Positions 48,344-58,839 are shown, numbered from the stretch's first letter. The stretch is 64,000 bases of DNA from Candidatus Heimdallarchaeota archaeon (GCA_030603365.1 JAUVXV010000003.1:32001-96000); one strand, 5' to 3'. Numbers and translations are program-made. The notes: generated by a model from the sequence alone, not told the origin.

Positions 48344-49084
48344 TTAATGAAATACTCGATCAATCGCTGAATCTAGTTCAGGATCTTTTGTACTACCATC
48401 AAAGGCTATTACTTTGTTAATGCAAATCATTCTACTACAATAAGCTCTTAGAAGTTCAAGATTATGTCCAACATTTACAATAGTAATTCCATGGGTATGA
48501 TTTAGAAAGTCAAGTAGTTCCATGATCTCCTCAGTCATACGAAAATCAAGGGCACTAGTAAATTCATCCAATAAAAGAACCTCAGCTTCAGCTGCTAAAG
48601 CTTGTGCAATCAGTACTCTCTGTTGTTGACCTCCACTGAGATGACCTATAGGACGCTCAGCCATATAATCCATATCAACTAGTTTTAGAGCATCCATTGC
48701 TTTCTGTTTATCTTCAGCTGTTAAAGATTTAACAAGACCTGCTTTGGCATACCTCCCCATTTCTACAACATCTCGGACAAGAGCTGGAAAATTACGGTCT
48801 ATTTCTGTAATCTGAGGTACATAGCCTATTTTGAATCTAATTTCCTTTGGTATTTTATCCCTTATTTCTTGACCAAAAAGAGCAACTTGTCCGGTAAGTG
48901 GTTCAATTAGTCCAATTATAGTTTTTAATAAAGTTGTTTTACCTGATCCATTTGGGCCACAAATTCCTACGAAGTCACCTTTCAAAATATCAATATTTAT
49001 ATCATATAATGCTGCCAAATTACCATAAACAACATTTACGTCTTTAAGACAGGCTATAATCTCTGGCTTTTCCTCTTTGCTCAT
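48344..49084 (-). CDS. Zn/Mn ABC transporter ATP-binding protein
   Basis: GPNGSGKT, IGYVPQ, LSGGQQQR, LLLDE. Confidence 0.93.
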   Translation of the reverse strand: MSKEEKPEIIACLKDVNVVYGNLAALYDINIDILKGDFVGICGPNGSGKTTLLKTIIGLIEPLTGQVALFGQEIRDKIPKEIRFKIGYVPQITEIDRNFPALVRDVVEMGRYAKAGLVKSLTAEDKQKAMDALKLVDMDYMAERPIGHLSGGQQQRVLIAQALAAEAEVLLLDEFTSALDFRMTEEIMELLDFLNHTHGITIVNVGHNLELLRAYCSRMICINKVIAFDGSTKDPELDSAIDRVFH

Positions 49085-50110
49085 TTAATCACCCTCCTGC
49101 TCATGATCATGATCATGTTTTGTGGGACTTGTCTTTGAAGGCACATCAGTTCGGTAGATAATTAATCCCTTTTCATCATGTTTATGAGGAATTTCTTTTG
49201 CAACACAGTTTTCCTCAATACAATATTTTCTACCATCAATTGTTTTAGAACAAAAATCACAATCAGCAACAACATGACCAGCTCCAGATTTTCTTCTTTT
49301 TGGTGAAGCAATGAAAGAAATAACAAAGATTATTGTTGCTACACCTACGATTGTTGAACCGGATGGGAAGTTCCAAAGATAGGAGAAGAATACTCCTAAG
49401 AATCCAGATAATACTCCAAAAAGACTTGCTAGAAAGAGCATTTTGTTCAGCTTGAAAGTCCATTGATAAGCCGCTGCTGCAGGTGTAATGATCATAGCAA
49501 AGACAAGGATTGCCCCCACTGCTTGTAGTGAAACATCTATTGTGATTGCCATTAGACCTAGGAATAGATAGTTTAGGAATTTTACTGGTATACCAACAAT
49601 CGATGCCATTTCTCTATTAAATGTAATAAAGTAGAACTCTTTTTTCAAACCAAATATAACCAATAAAACAGTTGCAGCAACAAATCCCAACAGAATTAGA
49701 TTCTCTGTTGAAACAGAGAAAATATTTCCAAAAAGAATTGAAGTAACACTTGTAGAATAAAAAGGCATCAATCCTATGAAAAGAATAGCTAGAGCCATAA
49801 AACTAGTGAAAACAATACCTATAATGACTTCATCTTTCATGACTTTTTTCTCATTTACATAGCCTACTCCTAAAGATGCAAGTAGTCCAAAAGCGATAAT
49901 TGTAATAATTGGCTCAATCCCTAATAAAATCCCCAATGCAGCTCCTGCAAATGCTGAATGAGAAATAGCTTCTCCAAGAAAAACCATTCCTTTGAGTAAA
50001 ACAAATACTCCAATTATTCCTCCCAGTACTCCAATAATCAATGCTGTAGCAAGGGCTTTTACCATAAAACCTTCACCAAGAGCTGAGAAAAAGTCTAGTA
50101 TCGAAACCAT
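49085..50110 (-). CDS. Zn/Mn ABC transporter permease (ABC-3) with a Cys/His-rich tail
   Basis: GEAISHSAFAG, ILFG, AVGAILVFAMIITPAAA, PSGSTI. Confidence 0.93.
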   Translation of the reverse strand: MVSILDFFSALGEGFMVKALATALIIGVLGGIIGVFVLLKGMVFLGEAISHSAFAGAALGILLGIEPIITIIAFGLLASLGVGYVNEKKVMKDEVIIGIVFTSFMALAILFIGLMPFYSTSVTSILFGNIFSVSTENLILLGFVAATVLLVIFGLKKEFYFITFNREMASIVGIPVKFLNYLFLGLMAITIDVSLQAVGAILVFAMIITPAAAAYQWTFKLNKMLFLASLFGVLSGFLGVFFSYLWNFPSGSTIVGVATIIFVISFIASPKRRKSGAGHVVADCDFCSKTIDGRKYCIEENCVAKEIPHKHDEKGLIIYRTDVPSKTSPTKHDHDHEQEGD

Positions 50111-50202
50111 TTGTGAATATAATTTATGAGTAGTACTTTATCTTTTTTGTGCATACACAAAAATTAAAATGAAGTTAAACATGTTTATAGTGTTGATGGA
50201 AT

Positions 50203-51207
50203 TTGTCTAAGAAGTATCATAAATCAGTTTTATTCATCTTGATTCTCATATCATCTTTATTCCTTTCAAGAACAGTATCAGCTTTTGAAGAAAACATTGG
50301 AATTAATGCAGAACCTACTGGAGAAATCAAAGTGGTAACTTCTCTCTCTGTGATTGCCGACTGGGCAGCTAACATAGGTGGAGATTTATTCAGTCCTGTA
50401 TCTATCGTTACAGGTGCAGAAGACCCACATACTTTTCAGCTATTAGCGCAAGACCAGCAATTAATTGGTAACTCTGATTTGTTTATTGTTTTTGGTATTG
50501 AAGGTCTGGAACCATGGGTGGATATGGTTCTCCAAGCTGATCCCACAATCAATGTTTTTTACTTGGCTACTGAGGATATAATTGAAATAGACCCCATAAC
50601 GAGCGACCCCAATCCACACATTTGGATGAGCCCTGTTTTAGTTAAAGATTTTGTAATCAATGTTACTGATGAAATTATACTATTAGATTTTGAACATCAA
50701 AGTGAATATGAAATAAACAGGGATAACTATCTACTAGAACTAGATTCTTTAATTTTAAAAATACAAGCAGAGAATCAATTTATCGGATTGAAAGTTGTAG
50801 TTCATCATCCTTCCTATATGTATTTCCTTGATATGTTGGGAGTTATACGAGTTGCAGTAATTGAAGAGCATGAAGGATCAGAACCTTCTGCTCAACATAT
50901 AGGAGAGGTCATAGATACCATGAAAGAAGAAAATGTATCTATAATTATAACGCAACCTCAAATTGAGGAAAAATCTATAATTCAAATTGCTCGAGAAACT
51001 GATGCAAAAGTGGCAAAGCTTACACCTTTACTTGGAATAGATAATGATACTAACACTTACATTAAGATGATGGAATTTAATCTGCTAGCACTAGCGAATC
51101 CTGAGGATGTTTCTGAAGAAGGGTGGATTGTAACAGCAGTCATAGTAGGTTCAGTATTTTTTGGAGTTATTGCTATCGTACTAGCGCTTTTCAGATTCAA
51201 GAAATGA
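50203..51207 (+). CDS. Zn/Mn ABC transporter substrate-binding protein (ZnuA-like) with a C-terminal TM anchor
   Basis: EDPHTF, GLEPW, NPHIWMSP, HHPSY, GSEPS. Confidence 0.93.
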   Translation: MSKKYHKSVLFILILISSLFLSRTVSAFEENIGINAEPTGEIKVVTSLSVIADWAANIGGDLFSPVSIVTGAEDPHTFQLLAQDQQLIGNSDLFIVFGIEGLEPWVDMVLQADPTINVFYLATEDIIEIDPITSDPNPHIWMSPVLVKDFVINVTDEIILLDFEHQSEYEINRDNYLLELDSLILKIQAENQFIGLKVVVHHPSYMYFLDMLGVIRVAVIEEHEGSEPSAQHIGEVIDTMKEENVSIIITQPQIEEKSIIQIARETDAKVAKLTPLLGIDNDTNTYIKMMEFNLLALANPEDVSEEGWIVTAVIVGSVFFGVIAIVLALFRFKK

Positions 51208-52031
51208 ATAAAAAGAGAGTATATAATTTGACAAGAACTAAAGCTATTATTACAGGAGCTTCAAGCGGAATTGGTGAATCTTTCGCTAAAGAACTAGCTT
51301 CAGAGGGCTATGATTTAATCATTACTGCTAGAAGAGAAGAGATACTAGAAGAATTAGCTAAAAACCTAAAGAAAACCTATCAAATAGATGTCGAAGTTGT
51401 AGTAGCAGACTTGTCGAACATTGATGAAATCGAATCTCTATCAGAGAAAATTGAAAAGCTTGATGATATAGATATTCTTGTTAATAATGCAGGTTTTGGT
51501 CTTCCAGGTAGTTTCATAGAATCAGATAAATCTTTGCAACTGGATATGCTCTATGTTCATAATATTGCCAGTTTTGCTCTAAGTAGAGCTGTTCTGCCAA
51601 GTATGATTGAAAGAGATAAGGGTGCAATCATCAATGTTTCTTCTGTGAGTGGATTGATGAGTAGATTCGGTAATGTTACATACACTGTGACAAAAGCTTT
51701 TCTGGTTGTTCTTTCAGAAGCTCTTCAAGAGGAACTAAATGGTACTAATATCAGAATACAAGCTCTCTGCCCAGGAATGACAAAATCAGGTTTTCATGAC
51801 ACTAAAGAATTAGCTTCTTTTGATAAAACCTCTGTCCCAAAGAATTTTTGGATGACATCTGATGAAGTAGTAAAAAAATCTCTTAAAGCTTTACAGAGGA
51901 AAAAAGCAATTTATGTACCGGGATTTAGAAATAGGTTGATTGTAAAAACCAGTAACAATTTTCTAACAGGTAGAATTATTAGATACTACGCTTCGAAAAG
52001 GCTAAAAAGAGAAAAACAAACTGAAAAGTGA
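51204..52031 (+). CDS. Short-chain dehydrogenase/reductase (DltE-like)
   Basis: TGASSGIG, LVNNAGFG, YTVTK, LCPG. ATGA overlap with the previous stop. Confidence 0.92.
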   Translation: MNKKRVYNLTRTKAIITGASSGIGESFAKELASEGYDLIITARREEILEELAKNLKKTYQIDVEVVVADLSNIDEIESLSEKIEKLDDIDILVNNAGFGLPGSFIESDKSLQLDMLYVHNIASFALSRAVLPSMIERDKGAIINVSSVSGLMSRFGNVTYTVTKAFLVVLSEALQEELNGTNIRIQALCPGMTKSGFHDTKELASFDKTSVPKNFWMTSDEVVKKSLKALQRKKAIYVPGFRNRLIVKTSNNFLTGRIIRYYASKRLKREKQTEK

Positions 52032-52039
52032 TTCTTAGT

Positions 52040-52696
52040 TTAGAGAACTTGCACCCATCTAGGTTCAAATTCCTCTTTTGCAAACTTGATTCTTACTAGT
52101 TGTTGGAGACCTTCAGGGTCATCTTTTCTCTGTGTTTCTATGACCATATCCACAATTGCATGGAGAGTATTCTCAATTTGTTGATCAATAACTCCTGAAT
52201 CTAATATGAGCAAAGCTGATTGTTTCCTCTGTCGAATACGAGCTGCAAGGGTTTGTAAGAAATTCAAAACCTGCATTGGTTTGTTATACAACATTAAAAC
52301 AGCAAGCTGATCGAAAACAATTCTTAATTTTTTTGCATTTTGCGATAATTCATTAATATTTACTGATAATGTAAGTAAATCACTTGCATGCTCTAAAAAG
52401 AAAGTGTTTTTTGTTTTTTCTTCAGGAACTGATCTATAAGAAAGAGAATCTATGAAGTGAATTTTACTAGTATCAATGTGTGTTTGCAGACCAGTAATCT
52501 CTGATTTTAACTGCTCGATATAATCAACTGCAGATAGAGCAAAAAGAACTACTAATACTGTTTCTCCATTTTGTATTCCATCTTCAATGTATCTAGCTGA
52601 AAGTACTTCTTTGGATGTTCCAGACTCTCCTGCCATTAATATTAGCGAACTTTCAACACTTTTCACCAACATATCAATTCTTGTATTTACAGACAT
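52040..52696 (-). CDS. KaiC/RAD55-like RecA-superfamily protein with a degenerate P-loop
   Basis: LILMAGESGTSKE, IHFIDS, RIVFDQL, IVDMVIE. Confidence 0.8.
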   Translation of the reverse strand: MSVNTRIDMLVKSVESSLILMAGESGTSKEVLSARYIEDGIQNGETVLVVLFALSAVDYIEQLKSEITGLQTHIDTSKIHFIDSLSYRSVPEEKTKNTFFLEHASDLLTLSVNINELSQNAKKLRIVFDQLAVLMLYNKPMQVLNFLQTLAARIRQRKQSALLILDSGVIDQQIENTLHAIVDMVIETQRKDDPEGLQQLVRIKFAKEEFEPRWVQVL

Positions 52697-52711
52697 TAGA
52701 AAACCTCATAA

Positions 52712-53524
52712 CTAGGATAGTTGTTTAACTACATCTTTGCAGAATTTCAAGCCATCTTCTATAAAATTCTCAGTACTAATAGATTTAGCAGCCAATCTTA
52801 AACGGTGACTTGTTTGAATAGGAGTAATGCTAATTTTGTCTCTGTATTTATCTTCAAATAGGATTATAGCCGAACTTCTGTAGAATTCCTTTTCACCGTT
52901 ATAGTATAGATAGGCACATCCACATCCTAAAACAGCATCTACTGTGAGATAGGTTTTATCATAATCATCAACATCTTCAAGAGTGGGGATTTCTATCATT
53001 TGCTCTAGAAACAATTTTGCCATATCTATTGCTGAAGTTTTGATGTCCTCTTCTTTAATTTTAATTTTCTCGAAGGGATTCTTACCAATTAGTGTTTTTC
53101 CATGTTGAGCTACTAAAACTCTTGTCCAAGGATAATCTGTCGCTTCTCCACCTTTAGGTATTTCTTCTTCAGTTAGAACTTCAACATCTAACAAAGAACT
53201 GTACAATGGATCTTCAATGTATCTCAGAACAACTCTACTAATCTTCTCCATGGATTTTTTAAAATTATCCCCTGCTGCTTTTTCCTTTAAAACAATAAGA
53301 AAGTCACAATCAGATTCCCCTGCAATATGTTCTTTTGTAACTACGCTTCCAACCAATAGAAGACTGCTTACTATATCTTTTAAATCCGCTTTAACATCCT
53401 TTACAAACTCATCTATTAAATTCTGATACTCGTCTCTCATAAACATTGGACCTCTAGGCGGACCAGGAGGACGAGCTGGGGGACCAGTGGGAGGACCTGA
53501 AGGTTGTTCACTCATCGTTCTCAC
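52712..53524 (-). CDS. Nucleotidyltransferase-domain protein with a proline-rich N-terminus
   Basis: LLVGSV...SDCDFLIV (GS...DxD), helical C-terminus; PSGPPTGPPARPPGPPRGP. Confidence 0.75.
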   Translation of the reverse strand: MRTMSEQPSGPPTGPPARPPGPPRGPMFMRDEYQNLIDEFVKDVKADLKDIVSSLLLVGSVVTKEHIAGESDCDFLIVLKEKAAGDNFKKSMEKISRVVLRYIEDPLYSSLLDVEVLTEEEIPKGGEATDYPWTRVLVAQHGKTLIGKNPFEKIKIKEEDIKTSAIDMAKLFLEQMIEIPTLEDVDDYDKTYLTVDAVLGCGCAYLYYNGEKEFYRSSAIILFEDKYRDKISITPIQTSHRLRLAAKSISTENFIEDGLKFCKDVVKQLS

Positions 53525-53690
53525 ATTTTATTTTTTTTGAGTAAAAATTATACTCTAGTATCCAATTTGGAATTATTTTATTAAACTTTACCCAAAATAT
53601 AAAGGCTATTGTCAGCTCATATTTTCACAATTAAGATTTTATATGCGATTAGTTAAAGTAGGTAGAAGTTGGATTTTAGGTTGAAATATA

Positions 53691-56660
53691 ATGGGGAAAA
53701 AAACTAAAAAGAACGACTTTGCTGAACAAAAAGAGCTATGCCCTCATAATATGTCATATGAGAAAATTGCAGAGGAGTTAAACACAGACCTAAAATTCGG
53801 ATTAAAGCACGAAGTTGTAGAAGAGAGATTAGAGAAGTTTGGAAAGAATGTTCTCCCAAAAGTCAAAGGGTCTGTCTGGGAGGTTTATATCGCACCACTA
53901 CTTAATTGGTTGATTAATATTTATCTAATTGTCGCAGTTGTAATGGTGATTTTAGGATTAGTTAAAGATTTTGCATTCAGAGGTCAATCAGAGTCTAGTG
54001 TGTGGGGACAAATAGGATTCTGGATGCTAATAATAGGTGTAAATATCATTTTTACAATATTCCAACAAATTAGAGCTCAATTCAAACTTGATGCTCTTCA
54101 TAAGCTATCAGCACCATCTTCAACTGTAATAAGAGATGGTGTTCCAGAGGATATCAGTGCTGAGTTGCTAGTCCCTGGTGATTTGATAGAACTAGACCAA
54201 GGAGACAGGGTTCCAGCTGATTCCCGAATCATTTATTCTAGCAATTGTCTGGTAAACGAAAGTGCTCTCACTGGTGAATCAGTTGCTGTAGAAAAAACAA
54301 ATTCTCCTCAGGTATGCTTAGAGGAAGATACTCCAATTTCACAGCGAATAAACATGCTCTATACTGGAACATTTCTGGAAGCTGGAAGAGCAATCGCAGT
54401 TGTTGCAAGTACAGGGATTTATACTGAATTAGGAAGATTATCAACAGAATTGCAGGAAATTGGTTCAAATGAAATTCCTATACGATCAAAGGTCAATAGA
54501 CTGGCAAAGTGGTTGGGGATAGCAGTAGTTGTATTTATTGTTGTGTCAGTAACTTACAAGATAATTTTCCATTCAGTTGGTGGTACTATAGGACAAATAG
54601 ATTTTGTTGATGATTTAGTTTTAACAGTAACAACATCCATGGCAATTATGCCAATCAGTATACCACTACTAACTACACTAATCTTGCTCACAGGAGTACT
54701 GGCTATGGCAAAAGATAGGGTGATAATAAGAAACTTATCTGCTGTAGAAACATTAGGTAGAAGCTCAATTTTGTGCAGTGATAAAACAGGGACTATTACT
54801 TCTAATCAGATGACAATTCAACGTATCTGGGATGTGGAAAGTTTCTATGGTGTCTCAGGTATAGGCTATAGTAACAAGGGGTCAATCTATCCCCTAGGTG
54901 AAGAATTCCCCGATTCATTTGATGAATATACTCTACCAGATTCCATCAAACCATTTGCAGAAGGATCATCTTTAGAATACTTACTAATTGGAGGAATGTT
55001 AAATAATAATGCTCATTTGATTGTGGAAGAAGTTTTTGAACCTCATCATCAAATTTCATGGAAGACAACAGGAGATCCTACAGATGGAGCATTTCTAGCA
55101 TTGTTTAACAAATCAGGTTTATCAGAAAAGACAGTACAATCTCAATTTGGATATCTATCAGAATTTAATTTTGATTCAGTAGTAAAAAGAATGAGCAAAA
55201 CCTATCAAGATGAAGAAGGATATATTTTGTTTTGTAAAGGAGCAACAGAAACAGTGTTGCCATTGTGCAATAGGTTAGGATATCCAGAATCAAATAGACC
55301 AATTACTGAAGAAGACAAAAAACAAATCATGGAGTATGTAAGTAAGTTTGCAGCTACAGGATATAGAGTAATATCCTTAGGTATAAGACCAATGGATAAA
55401 GATAAGACATTAACACACATCAGAGAGGAAGAAGAAAACAATCTAATATACAATGGGTTTGTGTGTATGCTGGATCCAGCAAGATATGGTGTAAAAGATG
55501 CAGTAGAAGAATGCCGTCAAGCTGGAATAACTCCAATTATGATTACAGGAGATAGTTCCATAACCGCAAAAGCAATAGCGAAAGAAGTAGGAATTGTAAA
55601 AGGGGAAGAACTAGCTGTAGAGGGAAACCAAATAAAAAATCTAACTGAAGAAGAGTTCTTTAAGACCAGAATATTTGCAAGAGTATCACCACAACATAAA
55701 CAAGTAATTGTAGATAGATACCAAAAGAAGGGAAAAATTGTATCGATGACAGGCGACGGGGTTAATGATGCTCTAGCTTTAACAAACGCTGATGTAGGTA
55801 TCTGTATGGGTATTGCTGGTACCGAAGTTGCTAAGCAAGCTTCTGATGTTGTCATTGCTGATGACAGTTTTACTAGTACTGTTCTTGGTATTCGTGAAGG
55901 TCGTGGTCTTTTTGATCGTATCCGTGTTATGATTTTCTTCTACATCACTCTCAATATTGCTGAAGCTATTCTTTATTTTGCTACTTCATTCATACCTAAT
56001 TTTTATATTGTTAATGATTTTCAACGTGTTTACATTTTTTCTACTGCTCACTTGATTCCTCCTTTTGCATTCATTTTCGATAGTATTGCTGATGAAATAA
56101 TGGATTTCCCTCCCCGAGATGATGAGGAAATTTTCAATAAGCGCTACGTTCTAGCTCTTGTTATTCTAGCTCTTTCTCTTGCTTTCTCAGCTGGTCTAGT
56201 CTATTTATTGGGATTTTTTGGTCCTGTAATTCTTTCTGAGTTCACTCATTCCGGTAATGTATCTGGATTGCTAAGTCTAGATAGTAACATCGCTTCTGCT
56301 CCTTTAGGATATGGACAAGCTAAAGCTAGAACAATGTTTGTCACCGTTCTTGTAATCGCAGAAAGTCTTATAGTTCTAAGTCTTAGGAGATTGAATAAGT
56401 CAGTTTTCAAATCTCTCAAAGAGGACTGGAATTGGGTGGTATTTGTACTTGTTATGATTGTACCTATACTTCATATCATTCTCATGTACATCCCTGCCTT
56501 GCAAAATCTTGTTGAATCGATAATGGGTACGGGTTATAGTCCTGGATTACTCCAACTGAATATTCTAGACTGGTTGATTGTTCTTGTAGCGGTAGCTATT
56601 CCACTAGTAACGATGGAAGTTTACAAATACTTCATTAGAAGGAGAAAATCTTATTATTGA
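53691..56660 (+). CDS. P-type ATPase, P2A-like scaffold with atypical TM4/TM6
   Basis: LTGES, CSDKTGT, GDPTD, KGATE, LDPAR, MITGD, FARVSP, MTGDGVNDA; TM4 reads MPISIP. Confidence 0.95.
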   Translation: MGKKTKKNDFAEQKELCPHNMSYEKIAEELNTDLKFGLKHEVVEERLEKFGKNVLPKVKGSVWEVYIAPLLNWLINIYLIVAVVMVILGLVKDFAFRGQSESSVWGQIGFWMLIIGVNIIFTIFQQIRAQFKLDALHKLSAPSSTVIRDGVPEDISAELLVPGDLIELDQGDRVPADSRIIYSSNCLVNESALTGESVAVEKTNSPQVCLEEDTPISQRINMLYTGTFLEAGRAIAVVASTGIYTELGRLSTELQEIGSNEIPIRSKVNRLAKWLGIAVVVFIVVSVTYKIIFHSVGGTIGQIDFVDDLVLTVTTSMAIMPISIPLLTTLILLTGVLAMAKDRVIIRNLSAVETLGRSSILCSDKTGTITSNQMTIQRIWDVESFYGVSGIGYSNKGSIYPLGEEFPDSFDEYTLPDSIKPFAEGSSLEYLLIGGMLNNNAHLIVEEVFEPHHQISWKTTGDPTDGAFLALFNKSGLSEKTVQSQFGYLSEFNFDSVVKRMSKTYQDEEGYILFCKGATETVLPLCNRLGYPESNRPITEEDKKQIMEYVSKFAATGYRVISLGIRPMDKDKTLTHIREEEENNLIYNGFVCMLDPARYGVKDAVEECRQAGITPIMITGDSSITAKAIAKEVGIVKGEELAVEGNQIKNLTEEEFFKTRIFARVSPQHKQVIVDRYQKKGKIVSMTGDGVNDALALTNADVGICMGIAGTEVAKQASDVVIADDSFTSTVLGIREGRGLFDRIRVMIFFYITLNIAEAILYFATSFIPNFYIVNDFQRVYIFSTAHLIPPFAFIFDSIADEIMDFPPRDDEEIFNKRYVLALVILALSLAFSAGLVYLLGFFGPVILSEFTHSGNVSGLLSLDSNIASAPLGYGQAKARTMFVTVLVIAESLIVLSLRRLNKSVFKSLKEDWNWVVFVLVMIVPILHIILMYIPALQNLVESIMGTGYSPGLLQLNILDWLIVLVAVAIPLVTMEVYKYFIRRRKSYY

Positions 56661-56730
56661 AGAAATCTAAAGTCCAGTCTGAATACTTATAACAGTTATT
56701 GAAAAGTCAGCCTTAGTTTGAGCTGGTGGA

Positions 56731-58839
56731 ATGATGGGATCCGAAGAGCAAAACAGAATCAACAAGCATCCAATTCTGAGTGAAGAAGACTTTGAAATAG
56801 TTCCATTTTCTTTTAATGGTAAACAAGTTTCTGGTAAGAAAGGGGAGATGTTATCTTCAGCTTTAATTGCTAATGGAATCCAAATTTTTGGTCATCACCC
56901 AAAGGATCATGCACCTCAAGGGATTTTCTGTGCTAATGGTCAATGTGCTCAATGCACAGTTATTGTTGATGGTATTGCTGTCAAATCTTGTATGACTCCT
57001 CTTCAAGCAAATGTGAAGGTTGAGAGTGTTGAAGGGTATCCTGCTCTACCTGAAGATGATGAAGAAGTAGTATTTCAAGAAATAGAAACTGTGGAAACAG
57101 ATGTTTTAATCATTGGAGCTGGACCAGCTGGTTTACAAGCAGCTCTTACTTTAGGAAAACTGGGTGCAAAAATTATTCTTGTTGATGATAAAGATAGATT
57201 AGGAGGAAAACTTCTACTCCAAACACACAAGTTCTTTGGATCAGTGACTGATTCCTATGCTGGAACAAGAGGAATAGAAATTGCTAAAATTCTAGAAAAG
57301 GAAGTTCAATTGTACCCCAACATTGACATCTGGTTGAACAGTCCTTGTATAGGTGTGTTTTCAGATCAACTTGTTGGGATTTTGAAAGAAGAGATTTATC
57401 TTCATGTAAAACCTAAGAAACTTCTTGTAGCAACTGGTGCAAGAGAGAAGATGCTCGCTTTTCCGGGGAATACACTACCTGGAGTTTATGGAGCTGGTGC
57501 CTTCCAAACACTAGTCAATAGGGATTTAGTTAAGTCAAGTGAACAGATTTTTATCATTGGAGGAGGGAATGTTGGTATCATTGCAGGATACCATGCTATT
57601 CAAGCAGGAATTGAAGTTGTAGGTCTAGTTGAAGCTCTACCGAAATGTGGTGGATATAAAGTTCATGAGGATAAGCTAAGAAGACTAGGTGTACCTATCT
57701 ATACTAGACATACAGTTGTTGCTGTTCATGGAAAAGATCATGTTGAATCTACTACCATCTCTGAGATTGATGAAAAATTCCAACCAATAAAAGGAACTGA
57801 AAGAACCTTTGAAGTAGATACAGTTCTAATTGCTATAGGTTTAGATCCAGTAAACGAATTCTACCACAAAGCGAAAGAATTCTGTATGGATGTGTGGGCA
57901 GCTGGTGACGCTTATGAAATAGCAGAAGCTTCTTCTGCAATGTTCAGTGGTAAAATAGCTGGGATGAAAATAGCACGATCTTTGGGGTTAACAGAAGCGG
58001 AAGTACCGAAAGAGTGGGAGCTAAAAGTAGAAGTTTTGAAGAGTCATCCTGGTCCTGTAGTCCAAAGAGAAAAACCAATCAAAGAAGAAGGAATCTATCC
58101 AGTCTTTCATTGCAACCAAGAAATACCTTGCGATCCCTGCGCTTCAGTGTGTCCAAAAGAGTTGATAGCAATACCAGATGGAGGGATTTTAGGTTTACCA
58201 GAATTTCAAAACCAAGAGGAAATTGATTGTATAGGTTGCGCTCAGTGTGTTGCAGTATGTCCGGGTTTAGCAGTAACTTTAGTCGATTACAGAGATGACT
58301 CAAATAATCCATTGGTCACAATTCCAACAGAAATATTTATTGGAAAAATAGAGAAAGGAGAAGAATTACTAGTGGTTGGAGAAGATAGTGAGGATTTGGG
58401 TAAACACACTGTTGAGAAAGTTCGCATCCTCAAGAAATACCCAAACACACAGTTGATTACAGTTAGACTTCCTAAAGAGGAAGCATTAGAAGCAACTTCC
58501 TTCAGACTACCTAAAGGTAAGGATATTAAAGAGATTCAGAAATATCAAGATATTATTCCTGACACAGCAATAATCTGCAGATGCGAGAGAATTACAGCTG
58601 GTGAAATTCGAACACTCATCAAACAAGGAATAACTGATGCTAACGAATTAAAAGCAATTACGAAAATAGGGATGGGTGCATGCGGAGCTAAAACTTGTAC
58701 GAAGCTTATTGAAAAATTATTTAGAGAAGAACAAATTCCCTATGAAGAAATGACACCTTTTGTTCAGAGACCTCTATTTGTTGAAATCCCATTAAGGCAT
58801 TTTGCTGGTCTTTCCAAGGAGGAGAAACAAGATGACTAA
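56731..58839 (+). CDS. Sarcosine oxidase/proline dehydrogenase alpha-like multidomain flavoprotein
   Basis: 2Fe-2S FCANGQCAQC...SC, FAD GAGPAG, ATGARE, 4Fe-4S CDPCASVCP / CIGCAQCVAVCP, BFD-like CRCE...GMGACGAKTC. Confidence 0.88.
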   Translation: MMGSEEQNRINKHPILSEEDFEIVPFSFNGKQVSGKKGEMLSSALIANGIQIFGHHPKDHAPQGIFCANGQCAQCTVIVDGIAVKSCMTPLQANVKVESVEGYPALPEDDEEVVFQEIETVETDVLIIGAGPAGLQAALTLGKLGAKIILVDDKDRLGGKLLLQTHKFFGSVTDSYAGTRGIEIAKILEKEVQLYPNIDIWLNSPCIGVFSDQLVGILKEEIYLHVKPKKLLVATGAREKMLAFPGNTLPGVYGAGAFQTLVNRDLVKSSEQIFIIGGGNVGIIAGYHAIQAGIEVVGLVEALPKCGGYKVHEDKLRRLGVPIYTRHTVVAVHGKDHVESTTISEIDEKFQPIKGTERTFEVDTVLIAIGLDPVNEFYHKAKEFCMDVWAAGDAYEIAEASSAMFSGKIAGMKIARSLGLTEAEVPKEWELKVEVLKSHPGPVVQREKPIKEEGIYPVFHCNQEIPCDPCASVCPKELIAIPDGGILGLPEFQNQEEIDCIGCAQCVAVCPGLAVTLVDYRDDSNNPLVTIPTEIFIGKIEKGEELLVVGEDSEDLGKHTVEKVRILKKYPNTQLITVRLPKEEALEATSFRLPKGKDIKEIQKYQDIIPDTAIICRCERITAGEIRTLIKQGITDANELKAITKIGMGACGAKTCTKLIEKLFREEQIPYEEMTPFVQRPLFVEIPLRHFAGLSKEEKQDD

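Noticed and set aside
1359-58312. Numerous short antisense or nested ORFs in the track (e.g. 1359-1592, 7954-8253, 29624-29893, 47329-47736)
   Set aside because: They are shadows of well-supported genes on the other strand or frame, with no motifs of their own
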